Below, in pieces: positions 34,205 through 43,685 of a stretch of DNA of 43,685 bases. The notes beneath the pieces were generated by a model, which saw only the letters and a list, made by a program, of their open reading frames with translations, did not search any database and was not told where the DNA came from. The stretch spans positions 27,511,325 through 27,555,009 of the forward strand of contig NC_069000.1 in the NCBI RefSeq assembly GCF_001194135.2. The letters run 5' to 3'. Every line of letters starts with the position of its first letter. Within the stretch, counting starts at the first letter, position 1. A program made the translations under genes and the position numbers. The DNA comes from Octopus bimaculoides (lineage: Eukaryota).

Positions 34205-34394
34205 TGTGAGCTGATACTCTGGGCAAAACATTTATTTCGTCCATCTTTACATTCTGAGTTCAAATTCTGCTGATGGCAACTTTGCCTTTCACCTTTTTAG
34301 GGTTGATAAATTAGTACTAGTTGAACATGGGGTTGATCTAATCAACTTACCCCATCCTCCAAACTTGTTGGTGTTGTGCCAAAATTTGAAACCA
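34205..34394 (+). mobile_element. tRNA-SINE, second family
   Basis: GAGTTCAAATTC, AACTTTGCCTTTCA...GTTGATAAATTAGTAC and GTGCCAAAATTTGAAACC, as in 10537-10737. Confidence 0.7.
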
Positions 34395-34884
34395 TGACAT
34401 TTGTAAACTACATTCTTTACCATGCAGTTGTTATTATATTTGTATTCATTTTTCCATCTGAAGTGACATGCTATATTATCTCTTCTGATTCTGTAAGTAA
34501 AGTTATTATTAGCGAGTTAGTGTTTGCGTGCATGTGTATGTGTGTGCTTTAATCACAAGTACAAAGGCTTGGAGCTGACAGGTCATTGTAGGGGTAAACA
34601 ACTTCTATCTATCCTTTATATAGAATATTTTTCAGAAAGCTTTCGCTTTGTTATTTTTGTTTTTTCATTATTATTCTTTTCTCCATCCATCTGCTTGTTT
34701 TATTCCCAAGGGAAACAAACTGCTTTTTGGACAACTGGATAGTGGTTACTTTAGGGTTGTGTATCTGGTGTTGCTGAAGAAATCTACTAAAAGATTTCTT
34801 TTAGTAGATTTTTTTAAAGAAATAGATAGGGGAAGGCCCTATTCAGTAACCGGATCATTATATCTGAAGTTGTGATTCGCTAAA

Positions 34885-35300
34885 ATATTATGCACATGAT
34901 AAAAAAAATTTGATCAATCAAGAACTAGCTTCAACAACAATTTCATCTTTGCATGCCTTTCTCTGAGCCTATCTGTCACTATAAATTCAGCACACCTTAG
35001 CTACTTTGACAGACACCATAGGAGACAACCAACAGAGATAGTTGACAGCAGTTGACAGCAGCTGACAACACAACAGCCAGAAGACAAAACCAGAAGACAA
35101 AAGACATTAGAAGTCAGTAGCACAGCAAGCAGCTAACTACAATGAATGATTGGTAAGAGCAACACAAAGACTAGCAGCTAATGTTTTGACTACTGTGACA
35201 ACCACATCAACTGAAAAACAATAACATCCAAACTCTATGTTTTGTTATTTGTAGTGACATTTGTTTTTGTTTACAGATAGAATATTTTGTTTATCAAAAA
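34885..35300 (+). repeat. ~410-bp direct repeat, copy 1 (copy 2 at about 36445-36855)
   Basis: Colinear shared blocks include CCTTAGCTACTTTGACAGACAC, GACATTAGAAGTCAG and TTTTGACTACTGTGACAACCACATCAACT. Confidence 0.85.
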
Positions 35301-35778
35301 TGTCAACAGATATCAATGTTCTTCATACAAGTGGTAACACCGAACCCCAAAGAAAGAATACGATACAGCCTAGAAACAACTCACCAATAACTCTGTCTAT
35401 AGGACACCACCACTACACAGCTTACCGATACCGACATGTCTCCGAGAAATTTCTCTCTCCAACTGACTTTTTCCTGCCATTGTAGCCTCACTGTGCTACC
35501 ACCATCTCTGTCATCAATACACTGGTAATCATGTCCTAAACACGCTTCTTAGCAGAATATCAAATATTTTCAGCAACACCATCATGATGCCAGTATACTA
35601 CCTGTAACGTCATCAATATCAGTACCTTGATGCCTCCATCTCACAAATGAGATATGTCAATGCGTGTTTCCTCCAGGGCAATACCACAACCTTACTTTGG
35701 CCACCAATGTTCTTAAGCTCAGGAATTACTGGATAGGCTCACAATACCAACCAACTGATATTCAATGCAAATACACAT

Positions 35779-36182
35779 GGGAGCAGGAGTGGCTGTGTGG
35801 TAAGTAGCTTGCTTACCAACCACATGGTTCCGGGTTCAGTCCCACTGCGTGGCATCTTGGGCAAGTGTCTTCTACTATAGCCTCGGGCTGACCAAAGCCT
35901 TGTGAGTGGATTTGGTAGATGGAATCAGAAAGAAGCCCGTCGTATATATGTATATGTATATATATATATATGTGTGTGTTTGTGTGTCTGTCTTTGTCCC
36001 CCCAACAACACTTGACAACCGATGCTGGTGTGTTTATGTCCCCGTAACTTAGCGGTTCAGCAAAAGAGACTGATAGAATAAGTACTAGGCTTACAAAGAA
36101 TAAGTCCTGGGGTCGATTTGTTCGACTAAAGGCAGTGCTCCAGCATGGCTGCAGTCAAATGACTGAATCAAGTAAAAGAGTA
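35779..36182 (+). mobile_element. Full-length tRNA-SINE with CORE-like central block and internal microsatellite
   Basis: A-box-like TGGCTGTGTGG, B-box-like GGTTCAGTCCC, CTTGGGCAAGTG block, internal (TA/TG)n and a CAGTCAAATGACTGAA..AAGTAAAAGAG tail. At least four family members occur in the window. Confidence 0.88.
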
Positions 36183-36444
36183 TATTCAAATGAATATGAA
36201 TATGCAACAATCAACTTGTGTACATGCATATGACTATATATGAGTCACTCAGTCACACATTTAGATGCACATACATGTATCTGCATCAGATCTTCTTTCC
36301 CAGCATTTTTACAATTATACTCTGACCTACTGTTCATTTATTTATTTAATTGTTTGTTTTCAAATTCCTGGTTTTGCAGTCATTTGCAACATTAGCTTGT
36401 ACAGTACTTCGTGCATAAGACAGCACTGCACTGTGCTTTAAAAG

Positions 36445-36855
36445 CACACACATGATCGAGAAAATTTGACCAATCAAGACTTTGCTTAGAACTGGCCCCA
36501 ACAACAATTGCATCTTTTCACACCTTTCTCTTTGAGCCTTTCCATCATTATAATTTCAGCAAACCTTAGCTACTTTGACAGACACTAAAGGAGACGGCTA
36601 AGAGAGACAGTGGAAAGCAACTGACCCAAATTTACAGCACAAAGGCAATGAACATCAGAGGACAAGAGACATTAGAAGTCAGCAGCTAATGACATTGAAC
36701 GATCAGCAACAACACAACAACCAGCAGCTAACCTTTTGACTACTGTGACAACCACATCAACTCAAGAACAATAATATCCAAACTCTATCAATGTTTTGTC
36801 ATTCATAGTAACATTAGCTTTTTGTTTATGGAAATAAATATTTTATCAAAAATCA
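36445..36855 (+). repeat. ~410-bp direct repeat, copy 2
   Basis: Diverged colinear copy of 34885-35300. Confidence 0.85.
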
Positions 36856-37044
36856 TAACTGGTGACCTTTGACGCTAGAAATGGCAGTCAGCACTTGTAG
36901 CACAGGCAAGCTTGCAGTGTTTAGGTGTCACTACAGGCAGAGGTCGGAGCCAATATTTGAGAAGGGGGGGGTATTTTCCCCTTCACCACCCTATGGGTGG
37001 GGGGTAATTTGCACGTCGCATCAAAACATTTGAGGAAATGAAAA

Positions 37045-37292
37045 TGAGGTGTGTGAATTATTCAGCTTCTTCCCAATTTTCTTTTTCACATGGTTTTGAA
37101 TTAATTTTATAACTTTGAGATTTTTATGAGGTAACTGCTATTTTTGGATTGATATTGAAGGGTTGATGTGAGAAGGGTTGATGTGTGAAGGGTTGATGTG
37201 AGGGCTGATGTGTCCAGATATGGACAGTTTGAACGTAAAGCAAGCAGAATATTTTGGCTAGATATGACCAGCTTAAATGCTTAAAAGGTTAA
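37045..37292. mobile_element. Possible decayed TTAA-ended (piggyBac-like) MITE
   Basis: The right end TAAATGCTTAAAAGGTTAA resembles a CTAAAGGG+TTAA terminus. The left TIR could not be recognised. Confidence 0.3.
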
Positions 37293-37829
37293 GAAATAGC
37301 CTGTTTTCAGAAAGGAAACAAATCAAGGTGTATAGATTACCCAAAATTCCTCTACATTCAGAAAATTTTTCAAAATAAATTCCCATATAACCCTAAGCTA
37401 CACCATCTAAAATGTACCTCTTAGAAACTTTCATTAAAAACATGCATTTTTCAGAAAGTTACAAAGAAACAAAGTCAACAGCTGGTATGGTTTCCTCATA
37501 ACATTCAGAAAAATAAGTATTGCTTAATGAAATTTTTAACAAATATCTTTCAGATGGTGTAGATTACAATTCTATCAGAATAAATTGGTGAGCATGTCTA
37601 AATACATACTGACACAACTTTTTCAAAATTTTCATGTTTTATTTTGTAGATATACATGTGTTCCTTTAGACAATCTTTTGGGATTGATACTGAAACCAAA
37701 ACAGTACAAGAGAGAACGGAAATGGACTCGCTCAACATACTGTAATTATGCCAATCTGTACACTAGATTATTTAGCCTCAGGTCCAGTATAATCAAATTG
37801 GTCAAAAGTATTTGTTGTGGGCATAACGA

Positions 37830-38330
37830 CAGATGTGTACCCCACCCCCAAATTTGTTGCCTCATAACTTCCAAAAAAATGGATACTTTTTAGTGAAATT
37901 TTCAACAAATACTGCTTAGATTGCTGTGGATGCAGAATATATAGGGATTTACAGGAAAGAAATTTTCAAAGGAGTTTCGGGAAATTCACACAATCCGAAT
38001 TTTTTCCCTCATAACTTTCAGGAAAATGGATATCTTTTAATGAAATTTTATACAAATACCTTTCAAATGGCATAGATTACGATTATAAAGAAATTTGGGT
38101 AAATTTTTCCGAGGTAGGGAGACGAGTTTAGAAAAAACGGAATTTCAGATCAGGAAGACCAAATAAATTTTGACGGAGATTTTTCCTATTTTTTATTTCA
38201 CCACAGCCTACGAAATGATGGGAGTCGGGGGGCAGATTTTATATATATTTTTTTTTTTTACCGAAAAGGCTCCTCCCATGGTTTTGAAGTGCAAAAAAAA
38301 AATTTTGGATCTAGTCTTTCTCATTCGCAA
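37830..38330 (-). mobile_element. Helitron-like family B fragment (same orientation as 22316)
   Basis: Colinear with 22430-22960. Confidence 0.7.
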
Positions 38331-39419
38331 AATGAGCCCCACTTAATTTTGCTTAGATTGATTTCAGCTTTGGTGTATTGATGCAACTCTGCATCTTGAT
38401 TACAATCAACCAATTACTTTATCTCGTAAATTAAAGAATCTGATGTTATTTGGAATTAAAGTTGGGAACTTTGGGTAATTTTAGCCAATCAACAGACAGC
38501 GTGGCATTAGCAGCTTGTTACCATGCCAACCGCAATGGGTTGTGGTTCACTGTTATCTGTGCCACTGTTGTCTAAAACAAAACATGTGGGTGAAATCACG
38601 TTTTGTTGTGTGTTAGTATATTACATATTTTTCTGTACTTCTGTGTGTTAGTATTTTTCTGTGTTAGTATTTTTACATATTTTTCATTTCATATGTTTTT
38701 GGGACTCATTGACTCAGCTGGATTTATGATTTCACTAGGTTTAATTATATTCATAAAAAAAATTAATTAGGAGTATTTTTTAAACTGTTAGCTTCACATT
38801 TCAACAGCTTAACTGAAATTTAGTCCACATAACAGGAACCAAGAAGGATATCGTGGAACAGAGAAACTGTGGGTGATACAGATAATTTGACATTATTTTT
38901 GAATTCTGTATGCCAAAACATATAAGATACAAGTATTCTTTTCCTTGCGGCAAATTCTTTGTTCCCCAGTGTTATTCTTATTGTAGTTTACAAATCCAAG
39001 CAGGAAAACGTTACTCAAATTTGGAGTTTAGGAGACACATGCATATTAATGATGCACATAATTACATGGCAGGTATACATAATATGGAAGTACGCATGAA
39101 GTAAACACATGCAGACAAATACATTAATATAACAAATTTTAAAAAATAATAAAAACATACAATCAATGAAGAGACAAAAGAAACAGTAAGATGATACATG
39201 TTAATTTTATTAGATATTTCTGTTTCTTTAAAAACATACAATGAAATTAGGTATTTCTGTTTATTTAGAAACCTACAATGAACGCTAAACTATAAATTTC
39301 ACTGAGTACAGCCTTAAAATTGACACCGCTCCGCTAAACGCAGAAAATTTCTCTCTCGCTATTGGCTAAAAATACAGTGTTTTCGATTAGATTTAGAAAA
39401 GTATTATTTCTAATAAACC

Positions 39420-39870
39420 TCTAACTGTTTTTCTCCAATTTTTTTTCTCCACAACATAATACCTTCAAAGCAATGAGACTGGAATATACATTATTATAGT
39501 CGATTTTCAGATTTTTTTTACTTCCTTTTAAAAAATGCATATTTTGCGAAAGAAAAAAACTAAATCCAAAAATTTGGCCAAAATCAGCCCGGAGTGGGAT
39601 GAAGGGGGTGAGGACATACAAAAAATTTTAAAAACTCTATTTTCATATAAAGATGCCCCTCTCCTATCATTTCGAAGGCTGTGATGGAAAACAAATTTTC
39701 CGAAACTCTTCTCCCCATTCCCTCGGAAAAATTCTTTCCCATAAATCCCTATATACTCTGAATCCACAATATCTAAGCGGTATTTATTGAAAATTTCGTT
39801 AAAAAGAATCCATTTTTCTGGAAGTTATGAGACAAAGTTAGTGGGATACACATCTGTAGTTATACCCAGT
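39420..39870 (+). mobile_element. Helitron-like family B fragment, opposite orientation
   Basis: The reverse complement matches blocks of 37830-38330 and 22430-22960. Confidence 0.7.
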
Positions 39871-41145
39871 TGTGAACACCAGCGTTAAGAGGAATCGGCT
39901 GCATTTCGGATCAGGGAGGTTTGGTTGCTATTTCTAGCAGAGTGACCACATAGAAGCCCCTCGTTGGTTCGTAAGCAAGTGTATATGCGTTGTAGGGGCT
40001 TCAAACTACATTAAATGCTGTTAACTAGTGACGCAGCTAATAGGGGATCGTGAGGAGCGACCACTATCAGTGTGCACATTTTTCAAAATTGGCGCTTTTT
40101 ATAAAATGTATAGTCAATTATTTGGTATCACGGCACCTTTTCTTATGTGCTTGCTCCCCTTAACTTTAGAATCTGGCTGTGCCCTTGTTGTTAACTCCAA
40201 GTCGACCCTGGTTGAGCAAACCCATGACGAGTGCTCCAGAAACAATGAACATCCTTCCCTTAAATTATACCTTGTCATATTAAAAGAAAAAGAGGGTGGC
40301 ATACTAAAGTTGCTCTAATTATATCATGTGAGAAAACGACCAAGTTCGAAGCTGGAATGCTTTTAATGAAGTTTACTCCCTCGCGGCTGACATGGATATT
40401 ACAACGTTTATAAGGTGCCTATACTGTCAGAGAGCACTCAAATGTATGTTTTGTTAGTTAAAACTTAATATTCATTTCGTTTCGTCCCAGGTCTCCTTTA
40501 ATTCAATAGAGCTGTGACCAAATACGTTCCAGCCGTGACCCTTTCAGGATTACATTATCCAACATGCCCTTTCTTTAAGACGATAGTGAGGTTCTCCTTG
40601 TTGACACATAAAAGTTAATGCATATGTATGCAGGTTCATATTCATTTGGGTAACATAATTACAATACATCCCACACACCCGGCAAACATGTAATGTTTTA
40701 CACTTGTGAGATAGACAAGAAAAGCGAAGGAAAGAGATGCATTTCAATAGCATTAAGTTCAAATTGAAAACTTTCTAACATGAATTATTATTTCTCGTTA
40801 TTTCCGCCATTCCATCACTTGTGTGTTGTGTGTAGAATACTAACTTACATCTCAACAGAAATGAAAACATTGAATGATTAACAAAGGAAAAAATTCAGAC
40901 TAGAAAAATCAAAATAGAATAACAAGCGTGCGCCGAAGGAAAGTTGTTCTATCTTGAAATAACCCCATCTCTCATAAATTTGAAACCGTTTGCAAACGTA
41001 TCATAGAAGAAAAAAATCAATTACAATTGAGAACGTTTTTAAACGTTAACTGCTGAGATTTTGACTAATTTAAAGTTAAGTGTAACCAAATTTAATGTTA
41101 AAAGATTAAGTGAATAAAAGAAAGCGATAATTAGTCGTTACTTAC

Positions 41146-41237
41146 CAATAGATGGCCACCACCGAGGCGATTTTCAGCGACTTATAAAAAAACGACTCCA
41201 TTCGCTTATCTTTGTTGTCATAAACGTGGAGCTTCAT
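41146..41237 (-). CDS. SLC35C1: GDP-fucose transporter 1-like, first coding exon (MKLHVYDNKDKRMESFFYKSLKIASVVAIY+TG)
   Basis: Minus strand ATG at 41237, 30 codons plus TG, then a perfect GTAAGT donor. KIASVVAIYW matches the start of TM1 of SLC35C1/Gfr proteins. The phase-2 end TG is completed to TGG (W) by the first G of exon 9981-10041. The neighbourhood is richer in CpG than the rest of the window. Confidence 0.88.
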
Positions 41238-41748
41238 TTAATAAAGTGTGTCAGCAAATATAAAAATAAATCAAATAATCTAAAGAGCTATATACATGTA
41301 TATAGGTGTGTGTGTGTGTATTGTGTTCTGTAACTTAATTCAACTGTACTTCTGTCGCTGTAGTAAGGTGGTGTTTTGCAATAGCCGATATATAAATTTA
41401 TATATTCTTTAGTTTTTAGATGTGATTAACAATAATGTACATTGAAGATATAAGAATTTAATGTAATGAACTGCTTAGATATGTTCTTATGGTGTGCGAT
41501 GAATATTTATCAATTAATAAAATTGTATTTATCAGTTTATTGATCTGTTCACTGATCTGTCTGTTGTAATATTGTATTTTTTATACTTGTTTAAATTTCA
41601 TTCTTTATTCTGGACAACATATATATATATAGAGAGAGAGAGAGAGCGATACTTTAAATAACAATAAGGGGTGTAAAATTAATGAGTAAGTTAATACGAA
41701 ATCATCCGAGATATACGTATCATAATTTTGCTACTGCTGTTAAGTCAT

Positions 41749-41756
41749 TGACGTCA
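41749..41756. promoter_or_regulatory. Candidate CRE/ATF site upstream of SLC35C1 exon 1
   Basis: Perfect TGACGTCA palindrome about 510 bp 5' of the ATG in a relatively CpG-rich patch. Motif match only. Confidence 0.3.
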
Positions 41757-43479
41757 CATCACACACCTCAAGCACGGAACGGTAATCGTTGTTTCTAAGC
41801 CCCACATTACAGAAACATACAAAATATTTGTGTACCAAATAATTTACTTTACATCCGCAATTGTGAATAATTGCAGTTTATTTTCATACACATATCTGTG
41901 TTTTTAAATTAATTTTGATATTATTTTAGTCCGAAGAGGACAAGCTTTTTATTAACACTTGACATTAAAAAAGAAAGTATAAATACTTGAAATTTTCTTA
42001 TAGTTGTACTAGTTGGTCTCTTACAACAGATAAAATTTTATATATTTTAAATTTTATATATATATATATATATATATNNNNNNNNNNNNNNNNNNNNNNN
42101 NNNNNNNNNNNNNNNNNNNNNNNNNNNNNNNNNNNNNNNNNNNNNNNNNNNNNNNNNNNNNNNNNNNNNNNNNNNNNNNNNNNNNNNNNNNNNNNNNNNN
42201 NNNNNNNNNNNNNNNNNNNNNNNNNNNNNNNNNNNNNNNNNNNNNNNNNNNNNNNNNNNNNNNNNNNNNNNNNNNNNNNNNNNNNNNNNNNNNNNNNNNN
42301 NNNNNNNNNNNNNNNNNNNNNNNNNNNNNNNNNNNNNNNNNNNNNNNNNNNNNNNNNNNNNNNNNNNNNNNNNNNNNNNNNNNNNNNNNNNNNNNNNNNN
42401 NNNNNNNNNNNNNNNNNNNNNNNNNNNNNNNNNNNNNNNNNNNNNNNNNNNNNNNNNNNNNNNNNNNNNNNNNNNNNNNNNNNNNNNNNNNNNNNNNNNN
42501 NNNNNNNNNNNNNNNNNNNNNNNNNNNNNNNNNNNNNNNNNNNNNNNNNNNNNNNNNNNNNNNNNNNNNNNNNNNNNNNNNNNNNNNNNNNNNNNNNNNN
42601 NNNNNNNNNNNNNNNNNNNNNNNNNNNNNNNNNNNNNNNNNNNNNNNNNNNNNNNNNNNNNNNNNNNNNNNNNNNNNNNNNNNNNNNNNNNNNNNNNNNN
42701 NNNNNNNNNNNNNNNNNNNNNNNNNNNNNNNNNNNNNNNNNNNNNNNNNNNNNNNNNNNNNNNNNNNNNNNNNNNNNNNNNNNNNNNNNNNNNNNNNNNN
42801 NNNNNNNNNNNNNNNNNNNNNNNNNNNNNNNNNNNNNNNNNNNNNNNNNNNNNNNNNNNNNNNNNNNNNNNNNNNNNNNNNNNNNCTTTAAAACCAATCA
42901 TATTTATTTTTCATAAACATTTTAATTCGTTACACTAAACAAAAACCGGTTTACAAATGTAGCCTCAAGTTCACTATCTAATATTGGAATATAAAGTTAA
43001 TCGAATTCGCTAAGCATTTCGTTTCGCTATTTATTTCCAATTTTGTTTATCCCCACTCTGACTTCTAAGCAATTTATTTAGAAATCAAGAAGACAAGAAA
43101 TTTGTCATATATAAAAAAAATGCAAGGATCGTGAAAATTACAATTAACACAATAAGCAAAACAAAACTTATATATGAAGAATATGGTTAGCCCAATACAA
43201 CACTTGGAAGTAAAATGAAACGCTATATCAAACTGAAGGTAAACGGTAATAATGGCACAAATGAGAAAATAGGTAAAAATGGCACAATAAGCTTATTGAA
43301 ATATACACTTTTGGCAAAAGAAATAGAATAAAGTTTGTCTAATTTAAAAACTGGTTTTGGTTAATGTTTACATCTTAACCCGGAAATGAAAATCCCCCCA
43401 AAAATTGAAATGGCTGTAAAACAATGTCTAGGAAACGAATATAAAAAAAAAATGCGCGCAAAGCAACGGATGGGTAGGG

Positions 43480-43685
43480 AGAGGACTTCGGAAAATTCAC
43501 AAGATCCGAGCTTTTCCCTCATAACTTTTAGGAAAATGGGGTTTTTTCAATGAAATTTTATGGAAATACCTCTCAAACGCCATACACTACGATTATAAAG
43601 TAATTTGTGGTGAAATTTTTTTCCTAAGGGTGGGAAGAGGACTTCGGAAAATTCACAAGATCCAAGTTTTTCCCTCATAACTGTA
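43480..43685 (-). mobile_element. Helitron-like family B fragment running off the window end
   Basis: TTCGGAAAATTCAC..GATCC...CCCTCATAACTTT...GAAATTTTA blocks, with an internal tandem repeat of the first block. Confidence 0.65.

Noticed and set aside
34780-34811. Resemblance to a Cas12a direct repeat (TCTACT...AGTAGA)
   Set aside because: Single copy with no spacers or cas genes; coincidental.
37455-38868. Chain of plus-strand microexon candidates (37455-37484, 37554-37587, 38836-38868) reading SYKETKSTADGVDYNSIRINWNQEGYRGTEK
   Set aside because: No recognisable protein. The TTTCAG acceptors belong to a locally repeated degenerate motif (37304, 37448, 37548), and the nearest downstream acceptors create a TGA stop.
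19418-41145. Further SLC35C1 exons (expected VLPLS...FNNLCLKYVG)
   Set aside because: Searched by eye and not found. They presumably lie outside the window or in a gap.

Overview
AT-rich, microsatellite-rich, gapped animal genomic DNA. The repeat families suggest an octopus or other coleoid cephalopod (inference, not checked). About the only host-gene content is three coding exons of a GDP-fucose transporter (SLC35C1-like), none of which the ORF track shows. They splice in phase into MKLHVYDNKDKRMESFFYKSLKIASVVAIYW-FISISMVFINKYLLSSKQLK-LDAPLFITWYQCFITVILC..., yet exon 1 (41146-41237) is on the minus strand while exons 2 and 3 (9981-10041, 19277-19417) are on the plus strand. Exons 2-3 lie in a block bounded by two exactly 100-N gaps, so a mis-oriented contig is the most likely cause; trans-splicing, a real inversion or a paralog remain testable alternatives. 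The rest is nested transposon debris: at least five Penelope-like element (PLE) remnants, mariner copies, Helitron-derived elements, several tRNA-SINE families, and Gypsy and R4/Dong fragments. The most interesting non-coding signal is a set of hammerhead ribozyme motifs. One has a complete catalytic core (26425-26516) inside a long inverted repeat, one is joined to a tRNA-derived Pol III head (Sm-alpha-like architecture), and several are decayed. A ~300-bp foldback palindrome is also present. All calls are by eye; no database searches or folding programs were run.
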